Source of the DNA: Fibrobacteria bacterium
GTDB lineage: Bacteria > Fibrobacterota > Fibrobacteria > UBA11236
Assembly (NCBI GenBank): GCA_043745805.1
Contig: JAYTSD010000017.1
Span: forward strand, 191,345 to 255,344
DNA: 64,000 bases
Direction of reading: 5' to 3'
The notes beneath the pieces were generated by a model that saw only the letters and a list, made by a program, of their open reading frames with translations, did not search any database and was not told where the DNA came from. A program made the position numbers and the translations under genes. Shown here in pieces: positions 49,530 to 59,464 of the stretch; the stretch's first letter is position 1; each line of letters starts with the position of its first letter.

Positions 49530-52500
49530 TTATACGATGGCTTCCAGCAGTATTAGCAATTGCCCACTATGGACTAAAGTGCCTTCACGGCATAAAATGG
49601 CCTTCACTTTTCCCGCTGCAGGAGCGGTTACGGTAAATTCCATTTTCATACTTTCTAAAATGATTAAAGGCTCATCTACTTTAACTATCAGTCCCATTTG
49701 GGTAATACATTTCCACACATTTCCCGAAAGCGGAGCTTCTACGATAATATCATTGGAATCAACCTCTTGGTGTGCCTGATGAGGCATTATATCTGTTACA
49801 GTTTCGGCTTGGCTATCAGCCAAAGCCCAACGCTCTCGTTCTTCTTGGAATGCGATTTGTTGAGAGTCCCTAAAAGCGTCAATATCGGATTTATTTTTCT
49901 CCAAGAAAGTATTATAATCTTTGAGCTTAAATACATTTTCCTCTATGCGTAAATTCGCTTGGCCACGCGCAAAAGCCGTACGAAAATCCATAAGCTCGGC
50001 ATGGCTCACAGGATAAAAACGAATTTGATCGAAAAAACGTAACAACCAAGGTTTGCCATCTCGGAAATTTTCTGTTTGCCGATAGGTATTCCATACTTGC
50101 GCCGTTCTACCAAAAAGCTGATAACCGCCCGGACCTTCCATGCCATAAATGCATAAATATGCGCCGCCTATACCCACCACATTTTCCACCGTCCAGGTAC
50201 GCGCTGGATTATATTTGGTAGTAACCAAGCGGTGACGGGGATCTAAGGGCGTTGCAACCGGTGCGCCTAAATACACATCGCCTAAACCCATCACTAAGTA
50301 ATCGGCTTCGAAAACTATTTTCTTTACGGCTTCAATATCGCCTAAACCGTTAATACGGCGAATAAATTCAATATTGCTCGGACACCAAGGCGCTTCGCTA
50401 CGCACCGACTGAATATATTTTTGAATTACTTCATGTATCGCTTCATCATCCCAAGATAAAGGCATATGTACAATGCGAGTAGACAATTCCATATTTTCAA
50501 TTGAAGGCAAATGTTTTTCAGCTTCAATAGTGATTTGTAAAATCTTTTGCAAAGGCAAAATACGGCCGTCGCAATGCACTTGCAATGAACGTATACCTGG
50601 TGTTAAATCAATTACGCCTGGTAAATGCATTGCGCGCAAATATTCCGTTAAAGCATGTACACGAAAGCGCAAGTTCAAATCTAAAAGGGGTGCGCCATAT
50701 TCAATAAGTAAATGCCTGTCTCCGCAGCGGCGATAGCGTACTTCAAAATTTTTATCATGGGCAGGCGTGTAATACAATACCGGACTATGCGCATTATCCT
50801 CCGCAAGAATCTCTTGCGATTTTTTTTCCGGCGATAATTTCAAACCTTTACAAAGTTTGTCTTGTCTTTTTTCCAAAGCTTGGGCTTGCTGCAAAGTGAG
50901 TTTATGAAACCGAATTTTATCACCGGGTTTTAATTGCCCCATTTTCCAAAGTTCGGCCTGCACAATAGTTGCTGGACAAACAAAGCCGCCCAAGCTAGGC
51001 CCATCCGGCCCGAGTAGTATAGGCATATCGCCCGTAAAATCTACTGCGCCGATGGCATAAGCATTGTCATGAATGTTGGACGGATGTAAACCGGCTTCTC
51101 CCCCATCTTTGCGCGCCCATTCGGGTTTGGGACCAATGAGGCGAATACCTGTACGATTAGAATTGTAATGCACTTCCCAGACCGCTGCAAAAAATTGCTC
51201 AATATCTTTTTCAGTAAAATAATCCGGTGCCCCGTGCGGTCCATACAAAACGCCGATTTCCCAATCCTTAGTATAAACGGGAATAAGTTCCGCAGCTAAT
51301 CCATGAGTAGGTAAAGAAGACGTAGCTATAGGTAACTCTTGAGTAACGGCTTCGGATAAACTTATTTTATCCTGTATATGCAAAATATCACCGGAACGTA
51401 AAATTCGTCCCGCATGACCGCCAAATTTGCCTAAGGTAAAAGTAGAGCGACTACCCATATATTTAGGAATCACAAAACCATATTGCACACAAAGATAAGT
51501 ACGCATTCCTGCACCTTTTATGGAACTCATTTTCAGCACGGCACCAGCAGGAACATTGACGATAGTCCAGTAGGAAATTTCGGTATTTTTTTCATCCACT
51601 ACTAATTCGGCATGCATATACGCACCGGTTAAGGTAATGCGCGTGGCATAATTAAAACGTAAACTCGGACCGGAAACCGTGAGTTCCAAGCCAGCAGCGT
51701 CTTCGGCATTGCCCAATAAGCGATTGCCTAAACGAAAAGCTAATGTATCCATAGGCCCTGAAGGCGGTATACCCACATCCCAGTACCCTATTCTTCCCGG
51801 ATAATCCTGTACCGAAGTTTGCGCACCCGGTTGAATCACATCCACCGTCTTAGATGCATATTGCACAAGACTTAAAGTGCGGGTGAGCGTAAGGCCTTGT
51901 ACAAAAGCAGGTTCGGCGATTACGGCTTGTAAAAACTCCACATTGGTTTCAATGCCATGCAATTGCAATTGTTCCAAAGCCAATTGCATTTTCGCCAAAG
52001 CTTCGTCACGATCTTTTCCATGTACAATAATTTTGGCTAATAAGGGATCATAATGTGGCGTAACTTCCAAGCCACGTTCCACCCAAGTATCTACGCGGAC
52101 ATCATTTGGAAAAATAACTTCAGTTAAAATACCTGCGCTGGGACGAAAAGCCAAACGCGGATTTTCTGCATAAATACGGGCTTGCAAGGCATGTCCATTA
52201 AATTTAATGGCAAAAGAATCGAGCGGTGCGAGGTCGCCTGCTGCTAAACGAATCATCCATTCCACTAAATCAAAACCGGTTACTTCTTCGGTTACCCCAT
52301 GCTCTACTTGCAAACGGGTATTCACTTCCAAAAAATAAAACGCCTTGGAATCCGCATCGAGCACGAATTCTACTGTACCGGCGCTTTTATATTTTACCGA
52401 TTTTACCAAACTTACAGCGGCATCCGCTAGTTTGTTTCGAACGTCTGCACTTAAACCCGGAGCAGGTGTTTCTTCAATAACTTTTTGATTGCGTCTTTGC

Positions 52501-53189
52501 GCGGAACAATCGCGTTCGCCTAAGGAGATAACGTTCCCTTCCCCATCACCAAAAATTTGCACTTCCACATGTCGGGCATTGGCCACAAATTTTTCGAGAT
52601 ATAAACCGCCATGTTTAAAATTGCTTTGACTCAAACGACTCACCGTAACCCAAGCATTTTCCAATTCATTTTCATGCTGGCAAACTTGCATGCCAATACC
52701 GCCACCACCCGCAGTGCTTTTCAACATCACCGGGAAACCTATACGTTGCGCCTCTTGTAAAGCCACTTTAGCATTTTCCAACAAAGCCGTACCAGGCAAT
52801 AAAGGGGCTTTACTTTCGCTGGCTAATTGACGCGCCGTATGCTTTAAACCGAAATCGCGTAAATGACTCGGTGCAGGGCCAATAAAAATAATATCTGCCT
52901 TTTCGCAAGCTTCGGCAAACTCCACATTCTCACTTAAAAAACCATAACCCGGATGAATAGCTTCCGCTCCACAGGTTTTAGCCACTTCTAAAATTTTAGC
53001 CACATTTAAATAACTGGCTGAAACTGCGGCAGGGCCTATAAGATATGCTTCATCCGCAGTAGTAACATGCAAGGAACTGGCATCCGCTTCGGAATATACG
53101 GCCACCGAAGCAATGCCCATGCTTTTTAAAGTGCGGATAATACGGCAAGCTATTTCACCGCGATTAGCAATTAAAACTTTTTTAAACAT
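49530..53189 (-). CDS. uca: Urea/guanidine carboxylase (guanidine-type Asp signature)
   Basis: Biotin carboxylase (IANRGEIA, FLEVNTRLQVEH); CT domain GGEAGLHPSNIHDNAYAIGAVDFTG; KYNPART; C-terminal ESMKME biotinyl domain. Confidence 0.93.
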   Translation of the reverse strand: MFKKVLIANRGEIACRIIRTLKSMGIASVAVYSEADASSLHVTTADEAYLIGPAAVSASYLNVAKILEVAKTCGAEAIHPGYGFLSENVEFAEACEKADIIFIGPAPSHLRDFGLKHTARQLASESKAPLLPGTALLENAKVALQEAQRIGFPVMLKSTAGGGGIGMQVCQHENELENAWVTVSRLSQSNFKHGGLYLEKFVANARHVEVQIFGDGEGNVISLGERDCSAQRRNQKVIEETPAPGLSADVRNKLADAAVSLVKSVKYKSAGTVEFVLDADSKAFYFLEVNTRLQVEHGVTEEVTGFDLVEWMIRLAAGDLAPLDSFAIKFNGHALQARIYAENPRLAFRPSAGILTEVIFPNDVRVDTWVERGLEVTPHYDPLLAKIIVHGKDRDEALAKMQLALEQLQLHGIETNVEFLQAVIAEPAFVQGLTLTRTLSLVQYASKTVDVIQPGAQTSVQDYPGRIGYWDVGIPPSGPMDTLAFRLGNRLLGNAEDAAGLELTVSGPSLRFNYATRITLTGAYMHAELVVDEKNTEISYWTIVNVPAGAVLKMSSIKGAGMRTYLCVQYGFVIPKYMGSRSTFTLGKFGGHAGRILRSGDILHIQDKISLSEAVTQELPIATSSLPTHGLAAELIPVYTKDWEIGVLYGPHGAPDYFTEKDIEQFFAAVWEVHYNSNRTGIRLIGPKPEWARKDGGEAGLHPSNIHDNAYAIGAVDFTGDMPILLGPDGPSLGGFVCPATIVQAELWKMGQLKPGDKIRFHKLTLQQAQALEKRQDKLCKGLKLSPEKKSQEILAEDNAHSPVLYYTPAHDKNFEVRYRRCGDRHLLIEYGAPLLDLNLRFRVHALTEYLRAMHLPGVIDLTPGIRSLQVHCDGRILPLQKILQITIEAEKHLPSIENMELSTRIVHMPLSWDDEAIHEVIQKYIQSVRSEAPWCPSNIEFIRRINGLGDIEAVKKIVFEADYLVMGLGDVYLGAPVATPLDPRHRLVTTKYNPARTWTVENVVGIGGAYLCIYGMEGPGGYQLFGRTAQVWNTYRQTENFRDGKPWLLRFFDQIRFYPVSHAELMDFRTAFARGQANLRIEENVFKLKDYNTFLEKNKSDIDAFRDSQQIAFQEERERWALADSQAETVTDIMPHQAHQEVDSNDIIVEAPLSGNVWKCITQMGLIVKVDEPLIILESMKMEFTVTAPAAGKVKAILCREGTLVHSGQLLILLEAIV

Positions 53190-53201
53190 ACTTCAACTCA
53201 C

Positions 53202-53855
53202 TTAACCTTTATTCCAAATCAATAAACGAATCGGCGTAGGATTATAAGCATTGCAAGGATTATTGAGTTGTGGACAATTGGAAATCAATGCGACCACATC
53301 GCGCTCGGCGCGCATTTCCACATATTTACCTGGCGCCGAAACGCCATCGGCAAAAGTCAATTCTCCTTCGGGGGTAACCGGCACATTCATAAAAAAATTG
53401 ATGTTGCTAGATAAATCGCGTTTGCTTAAACCTCTATCCGAATTTGCTAATTCCAATAGAAAACTATCGCGGCAATTGTGCATATACTTTTTATCCAAAG
53501 CATAGCGCACACTATTACTTTCCGCGGAACATGCCCCGCCTATGGTATCATGGCGTCCACAAGTATCAGCGACTATGGTGAGCAAAACTTTTTCTTCGCT
53601 GGAATATAAAGCCGTTCCACTCGATAAGAAAATATTGCCTTGTTGGCGTATGGTCACAGAGGCATCATAATGATCGCTAGGATCAGCGGCATCATAAAAT
53701 AAAGTATCCACGGCTTGATTGCCTTCCAAATCCTGAATACGAAAATATTGTCCCGCTTTAATTTCCTTTATCCAACCTTTGCCGGCAGGAAGTATGCTGT
53801 CATAAATAGCATTTTGCGGATGGAGAGTGCTTTCGATATAATTTAAAGTAGCCAT
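53202..53855 (-). CDS. cgdB: Urea-carboxylase-associated DUF1989 protein (carboxyguanidine deiminase subunit)
   Basis: [38 protein letters not shown]. The A/B naming is inferred from gene order. Confidence 0.85.
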   Translation of the reverse strand: MATLNYIESTLHPQNAIYDSILPAGKGWIKEIKAGQYFRIQDLEGNQAVDTLFYDAADPSDHYDASVTIRQQGNIFLSSGTALYSSEEKVLLTIVADTCGRHDTIGGACSAESNSVRYALDKKYMHNCRDSFLLELANSDRGLSKRDLSSNINFFMNVPVTPEGELTFADGVSAPGKYVEMRAERDVVALISNCPQLNNPCNAYNPTPIRLLIWNKG

Positions 53856-53887
53856 GATTTTCTCTTGTCTTATTTTTTTAATAGGAT

Positions 53888-54601
53888 TTAAGGAAAATAT
53901 TTTTCGGTATTAATGAAACCGCGAACATTTTCCGGACGAAAATTTCGACAATAATCATCTGCGGAAGCCGGCGGCACTTCAAGTAATTGCAATTTAACGG
54001 CGCTCGGCGCATAATTTGTTGCCGGATTTAAAGGATGCGGCGTATTGGAAAGCACAATCAAGGTTGGCATTTCCGCTCTTAAAGTTACGGCTGCATTCGC
54101 CTTGGAGTAACTTGGTTGATACTGTAAATTTCCAGCTTCATCCACCATTACCTTGCTAAAAAAATTCACATTGGCAGAAACATCTCTTTTGCCCAAGCCA
54201 TACTTTCCTAGCTCTATCAAAAAATTATCACGCCCATTGTGATGATAAGCATTGTGTTGTTCTTGATAAGTGGACTTTCCATATTTTTTTTCGCTGCCTT
54301 CTGCCGTAGTACAACCGCAAAGCGTATCGTGCCAACCACAACTGTCTTCGATAATGGAGCATAAGACGCGTCCCATATCCGAAAATAATACATGGCCGCG
54401 GGTTAAAAAGGCCGTAAATTGCGCCTTTAAAGTATCGGGCATATTATAACGTTCAATAGGATTTAAGGCAGATAAAAACAAAGCGGAAATATTGGCATTA
54501 CCATTTATATCGACTAAACGCAAAGCCTGACCCTTGATTAATTGTCGAGAACTCATAGCTCCGCCCGGCAAAATCTCTTCACTTAAAATTTTTTCCATCA
54601 T
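53888..54601 (-). CDS. cgdA: Urea-carboxylase-associated DUF1989 protein (carboxyguanidine deiminase subunit)
   Basis: [38 protein letters not shown]. Confidence 0.85.
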   Translation of the reverse strand: MMEKILSEEILPGGAMSSRQLIKGQALRLVDINGNANISALFLSALNPIERYNMPDTLKAQFTAFLTRGHVLFSDMGRVLCSIIEDSCGWHDTLCGCTTAEGSEKKYGKSTYQEQHNAYHHNGRDNFLIELGKYGLGKRDVSANVNFFSKVMVDEAGNLQYQPSYSKANAAVTLRAEMPTLIVLSNTPHPLNPATNYAPSAVKLQLLEVPPASADDYCRNFRPENVRGFINTEKYFP

Positions 54602-54614
54602 TTCCCTTTTAATC

Positions 54615-54709
54615 GGTCACTTCGACAAGCTCAGTGTCCGATTTCTTTGTTTCTAACTCTAAGGTCACTTGTCTTATCATTCTCGGTCACTGAGCCTGTC
54701 GAAGTGACC
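54615..54709. repeat. REP-like 27-bp inverted repeat pair
   Basis: GGTCACTTCGACAAGCTCAGTGTCCGA (54615-54641) and TCGGTCACTGAGCCTGTCGAAGTGACC (54683-54709) are 25/27 complementary. Confidence 0.85.
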
Positions 54710-54716
54710 CTTAAAT

Positions 54717-55649
54717 TTAAGCTTCATCGCCTACTTTGGTGAGGCGTATCATGGGCAGATCTGCTTCCTCAGCCGTTTCTTCTCCGTGAATAAGCTGTTC
54801 TAAGCGTTTTTTCGTCGCTAAAAAATGAGGCGAAAGAATTTGCCCGGCATGACGCGGCCTATCCACTGGCACGGAAATAATTTCCAAAATACGTCCGGGC
54901 CTCGCGCCCAAAACAATAATTCTATCCGCTAAAAAAATTGCTTCTTCCAAATCATGCGTCACAAACAATACCGTAACATTCACGTTTTTCCAAATTTGCA
55001 ATAAATGCTTTTGCATTTGGCAACGTGTCTGCACATCTAAAGCGCCAAAAGGTTCATCCATCAATAATACCGGAGGATAATTCGCTAAGGCGCGCGCGAT
55101 AGCCACTCTTTGTTTCATACCACCGGACAATTGATGCGGATAAACATTGGCATTAGCCGATAAACCCACCATATCCAACCATTGCAAGGCTTCGCTTTCG
55201 CCGATGTCTTTACCACGTCCAGCCATCCTTGGACCAAACATCACATTCTTTTTTACGGTGAGCCAAGGAAAAAGTGTATACTCCTGGAATACCATGCCTC
55301 TATCGGCTCCTGGCCCTATTACCTCCTTGCCAGAAATCTTCACCGAGCCACCATTCGATGATTCTAAGCCTCCGATTATGCGCAATAAAGTAGATTTACC
55401 GCAACCCGAGGCGCCGATAATACAAACAAATTCGCGACGTTTAACCGTGAAAGAAATATCCCCTAAAACCGGTGGTAAATTTTCATTGCCGATAAATTTT
55501 TTATGCACATTTTGTATTTCCAATAATGTTTCGCGCTCGCTAATAGTTTGCATTCTTGCTTTTAAGGCAGGCGAAAGATCCAAATACGAAGGTAGCGTCA
55601 AAGATTCTTGGGATAAATTTTGTAGTGACTCTGGTGTATGTTGCAACAT
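54717..55649 (-). CDS. ABC transporter ATP-binding protein (NitT/TauT family)
   Basis: [30 protein letters not shown]. Confidence 0.92.
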   Translation of the reverse strand: MLQHTPESLQNLSQESLTLPSYLDLSPALKARMQTISERETLLEIQNVHKKFIGNENLPPVLGDISFTVKRREFVCIIGASGCGKSTLLRIIGGLESSNGGSVKISGKEVIGPGADRGMVFQEYTLFPWLTVKKNVMFGPRMAGRGKDIGESEALQWLDMVGLSANANVYPHQLSGGMKQRVAIARALANYPPVLLMDEPFGALDVQTRCQMQKHLLQIWKNVNVTVLFVTHDLEEAIFLADRIIVLGARPGRILEIISVPVDRPRHAGQILSPHFLATKKRLEQLIHGEETAEEADLPMIRLTKVGDEA

Positions 55650-55650
55650 T

Positions 55651-56751
55651 TTAACGCTTTCCTTTTTCCCAAGGAAAAATAATTTGCCCCAAATATTTCA
55701 GAATAATATCCGTTCCTAAGCCAATGAGACCAATGATAATAATAGCCGCATAAACATTATCATAATTGCGATATTTAGCCTGCTGATAAATAAAGAAGCT
55801 AATGCCCGAACTCGCTCCTATCAATTCCGCCACAATTAAATAAGTCCAAGCCCAACCCAATAAAATACGCATATCGCGATACATCATGGGTAACACACCT
55901 GGTACTACCACATGAAATAGCAATTGTTTACGCGTAGCACCTAAAGTTTGCGCGGCCTCCAACCAAGGCAAAGGCAAAGCCCGCGTGGTATTCGCGAGTA
56001 CCAAAAGCATTTGAAAAAAAGTACCCACAAAAATAATGGCGATCTTAGGCGCATCGTTGATACCAAGTATTGCTACAGATAAAGCTCCAAAAACCGGCGC
56101 CGGCATATAGCGAATAAAATCCACAAAGGGTTCTAGCAAACCCGAAAACAAAGCAAAGGTTCCGCATAATAAACCTAAAGGAATACCAATAAAAGCCGAC
56201 AAAATAAAACCCCAAAAGATAATCCGAATACTATGCGCCAAACTCTCATGTAACCATGGCTCACCGGCACGTAATGGAGGGGTTAAAAAAGCGGTCACCA
56301 AAGCAGTGGCCACGCGATGCGGCGCAGGCAAATAAACTGGATTTTGTCTTATGCCGGTTGCTTGTGGTAAATATGCCTCCGCGGCTTTTTTATTTTCTTC
56401 CAAAAAAATGCTACGATCGATTTGCATATTGGACACAAAATAATCCACGCTTCCTGGATTAATAATTTTCACTTGCGGATGCCATAGAAAGGGCAGATAA
56501 CTCACAGCAGACCAAAGTAAAAGTGGTAATATAAAAGCAGCTATGTATAAGAAAATTTTACTGCGACGGCTTAAAGTATGGCGTACGCGCAACCACGGTA
56601 AGGAAGAAACTCGATTAACGCTTGGGTCCTGCTTATCTTGAATTTCCGTTCCCCAAGAATTGGAGTTAGATAAGGCAGGCAAAGACATGGGTATATTTTT
56701 CTCTGAATTTATTGTGGGCAAGGCTGTGGAAGAATCTCGGGATAAATTCAT
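55651..56751 (-). CDS. ABC transporter permease (NitT/TauT family)
   Basis: '[11 protein letters not shown]', EAA motif, '[15 protein letters not shown]'. The start may lie further downstream. Confidence 0.88.
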   Translation of the reverse strand: MNLSRDSSTALPTINSEKNIPMSLPALSNSNSWGTEIQDKQDPSVNRVSSLPWLRVRHTLSRRSKIFLYIAAFILPLLLWSAVSYLPFLWHPQVKIINPGSVDYFVSNMQIDRSIFLEENKKAAEAYLPQATGIRQNPVYLPAPHRVATALVTAFLTPPLRAGEPWLHESLAHSIRIIFWGFILSAFIGIPLGLLCGTFALFSGLLEPFVDFIRYMPAPVFGALSVAILGINDAPKIAIIFVGTFFQMLLVLANTTRALPLPWLEAAQTLGATRKQLLFHVVVPGVLPMMYRDMRILLGWAWTYLIVAELIGASSGISFFIYQQAKYRNYDNVYAAIIIIGLIGLGTDIILKYLGQIIFPWEKGKR

Positions 56752-56769
56752 CTCCGCAAATATTGGATT

Positions 56770-57783
56770 TTATTTTAAAGCTTTGATAAAGCTAGTATCA
56801 AAATAAGCAGGAATATCTTGTGCCTTTTTATATACCGCATTCTTCACATTAAAGTCATCCACAATTTTGGAGGAACCATAAACCGAGGACAAATCTTTTT
56901 CATCCTTAAAATGTGCTTTATTCTCTTTCAAGTCGAGCAAATGCGTGCCCTTCAACAACGGAGCGTAGTCAGCGGGTTTCAAACCCACACGCGCACTTAA
57001 AATTTTAAGATATTCGTCTTTATTTTTTTCGTCTTTAATAAAGGCCACTACTTTAAACCAAACCTTCACCACTTTTTGCCAATCCGCTTTGCGCTTAGCT
57101 AAACTTTCAGGGCTTACATACAACAAATCATAAATCAAACCCGGAGCATCGGCACTGGAATAAATCGATTTGGATCCGGGTACTTCTTTTAAAGCTTGTC
57201 CGGAATTCGGTTGCCAAGCGGCAATCGCAGCCACCGAACCGGAAGCCAAGGCTTGTGAAGTTTGGTTAGTAGGCGTATTCACCAAAATCACATCTTTTTC
57301 TTGCAACCCATTCGCTTCCAAGCCTTTGAGTAAAAGTAAATGATCGACAAAGCCTACTTCTACGCCAATCTTCTTCCCTTTCAAATCCTTCATCGATTTA
57401 ATACCTAGCTTTGCAACTATCATATCATTGCCGTCACTAAAATCATTAAGCAAAATTCCCTTAGCGCCTTTTCCTGCAGCACCCGTAACAAGCGCGTCAC
57501 CATTAGTCATACACACAGCGTCAACCTTGCCCGCGGAGAAAGCATCCATGGAAGGCACATATTCAAACCATACCAAATCCACATCCACGCCAGCTTCTTT
57601 AAACCAACCCTTTTGCACAGCAATATCCCAAGCTACCCAGCCCGGCCAATCGCTATAGGCAATTTTTAATGGTTCGGCATTAACGCTGACCCGTAATATG
57701 GCGAAAAATATTCCGGCGAAAAATGAAACGCGTAGTATGGATAAGAAAATGCTTTTAAAGGGCGATGGAAGACTTGGGGACAT
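56770..57783 (-). CDS. ABC substrate-binding protein, urea-carboxylase-associated (putative guanidine-binding)
   Basis: '[12 protein letters not shown]', 'MTNGDAL'; AGGAG RBS; operon context. Confidence 0.85.
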   Translation of the reverse strand: MSPSLPSPFKSIFLSILRVSFFAGIFFAILRVSVNAEPLKIAYSDWPGWVAWDIAVQKGWFKEAGVDVDLVWFEYVPSMDAFSAGKVDAVCMTNGDALVTGAAGKGAKGILLNDFSDGNDMIVAKLGIKSMKDLKGKKIGVEVGFVDHLLLLKGLEANGLQEKDVILVNTPTNQTSQALASGSVAAIAAWQPNSGQALKEVPGSKSIYSSADAPGLIYDLLYVSPESLAKRKADWQKVVKVWFKVVAFIKDEKNKDEYLKILSARVGLKPADYAPLLKGTHLLDLKENKAHFKDEKDLSSVYGSSKIVDDFNVKNAVYKKAQDIPAYFDTSFIKALK

Positions 57784-57813
57784 AAATTCTCCTGGCTGTT
57801 TTGGGATTTGTAA

Positions 57814-57830
57814 CGCAATCCGTGTACCAA
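57814..57830 (-). promoter_or_regulatory. Sigma54 -24/-12 promoter of the guanidine/urea carboxylase operon
   Basis: Minus strand reads TTGGTACACGGATTGCG, a close match to TGGCAC-N5-TTGC, about 30 bp upstream of the start codon. Confidence 0.75.
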
Positions 57831-58251
57831 ATAAAAAGGTTTGTTGCCTATATAAATGTGGCCTTTCTACAAAGGAAATGTTTATCGCTTAGGTAAGAAA
57901 TAAAAAGTGCGTTAAATTGGAAAATTATTTGTCTCTATTTGTCTATTATTGATATTAATAGTCAAAAATTATTTTAATTCTTGCCATCTTTTGATGGATA
58001 TCCCCCGAAATGGGGAGTTTTGCTAAAGAGTGTTAAAAGTGAGCGCTATGATTTGTGGAAATTCATATAAAGTTGAATTAAACAAGAAATGCGATTACCT
58101 CCATAAAAATGCAAAATAAGATATTTTGGTTATCCAATCAAAAATTTCTAAATAAACGCCCATCATTACATCTTAATAGCAATCATATTACTATTGTCTT
58201 ACTACACGAACCACATGCAGGAGCTAAAGGTCCGTGAAAAAAAACTTACAC

Positions 58252-58500
58252 TTACATATAATGCCTAGCATAAACATCCACCACCCGCTTAATCATACTT
58301 TGATAAGGCACATCATTTTCCTTAGCCATTTTTTTAAAGAACATCACACTCTCCTTCCCTAAAGAAAGGGTAACCTTAACTGCATCATCTTTAAAAACCA
58401 GCTTATCTGGGCTAGGAAGAAAATCCTCAATCGACTCTGAGACTTTAATAGCTTTCGCAATGGCATTAGGTGGCTTTTTATTTTTCTTGCTTGATTTCAT
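58252..58500 (-). CDS. CopG/BrnA-like RHH antitoxin-type protein
   Basis: 'DFLPSP..L..KVTLSL...FFKK.A...VPYQSMIKRVVDVYA'. Confidence 0.75.
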   Translation of the reverse strand: MKSSKKNKKPPNAIAKAIKVSESIEDFLPSPDKLVFKDDAVKVTLSLGKESVMFFKKMAKENDVPYQSMIKRVVDVYARHYM

Positions 58501-58824
58501 TTTTTACGCTCTCAAATTTTATACATATAATTTACCATATTTTAAACCATATAAATACCCATATTTATATTCACTTTTAAATCCAGTAAATCCTGATTCT
58601 GATAGTTGAAGAGGTGGACGAGGATCGCCGGACGCAAGCCTGTCGAAGCTAGAGGAAGCCGAGGCCAGGGGAATACTTTCCCCTCCTCGAATAAACCAAA
58701 GAATTGACGCAATTAATATTTTATGGGGCAAAATTTGATGTAGATATGAGCCGTAATCCAACTCTCTATCGACCGAGCTACATTTACAGTCTATTATTAT
58801 TTGAATGGAACGCATGTACATACT

Positions 58825-58923
58825 GGCATTATTGAAATTTTACCAAATGGACAAAGGCGATTTATTAAGAAAATCGATTCCCCATTGAAAGTACCTGTCG
58901 GAACTATAGCTCAAATTCAGTGA
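58825..58923 (+). pseudogene. C-terminal remnant of a small ORF coupled to the zeta-toxin-like fragment
   Basis: Translates GIIEILPNGQRRFIKKIDSPLKVPVGTIAQIQ*; its TGA overlaps the next GTG (GTGA). Confidence 0.4.
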
Positions 58924-59033
58924 CCTTAGAAATTCCACACTTGTGTATGATTGCTGGACCTAATGGCTCCGGTAAGAGCACTATAAAATCAGTTTTAGCG
59001 CCGTATTTATTAGGTAGCTATAACAACCCCTAA
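58920..59033 (+). pseudogene. Truncated zeta-toxin/AAA-family P-loop protein (first 37 aa only)
   Basis: MTLEIPHLCMIAGPNGSGKSTIKSVLAPYLLGSYNNP*; breaks exactly at the end of the opposing gene. Confidence 0.7.
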
Positions 59034-59464
59034 AGGTTACCCCACCCTGGTAGCACCGCAGCCTGCTTCACCCATTTCGCCATTTGCGCCTCATTGAAAT
59101 CATCTTCATGTATATCAATCCAGCGCGCATCCTTGCCTGTGCCTCCGGCTGGAATCGGTTGCAATTCTGTACCCATGAAAAAGCTCACCTTAACATAGCG
59201 AGTGAAAACATGGAAAGCCACCAACCAACCTCGGCCCTTTATGCCATAGAAGGGCGAATTCCATCTCACCGCCTTATATACTTTCGGTACATTACGTGTG
59301 ATGATCGTGTCGAGGCGGCGTCCGATATCTTGCTTCCAACCTGGAATGGCTGCGATATAAGCCTGCACAGGCGCATCGCCATCGGCCTTTGCGACTTGAG
59401 GGTTACCCCCAGAAAGTAGAGTCGGCTTTGCAGCTTTCTTTGTGGATTTCTTTTTATTAATCAC
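59030..59464 (-). CDS. DUF1801 domain protein
   Basis: 'LLSGGNPQVAKADGDAPVQAYIAA.PGWK', 'KAVRWNSPFYG'. Confidence 0.85.
   Translation of the reverse strand: MINKKKSTKKAAKPTLLSGGNPQVAKADGDAPVQAYIAAIPGWKQDIGRRLDTIITRNVPKVYKAVRWNSPFYGIKGRGWLVAFHVFTRYVKVSFFMGTELQPIPAGGTGKDARWIDIHEDDFNEAQMAKWVKQAAVLPGWGNL

Noticed and set aside
55147-55719. 190-aa plus-strand ORF
   Set aside because: Typical antisense shadow of an ABC ATPase gene.
58611-58640. Two GGACG motifs suggesting a guanidine-II (mini-ykkC) riboswitch
   Set aside because: The flanks do not pair into ACGR-capped hairpins, the strand is wrong, and it is over 800 bp from the operon with a gene in between.
58519-58821. 100-aa minus-strand ORF as a possible toxin for the antitoxin
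   Set aside because: No BrnT/RelE-like features; it reads through the GC-rich repeat islet and low-complexity DNA.
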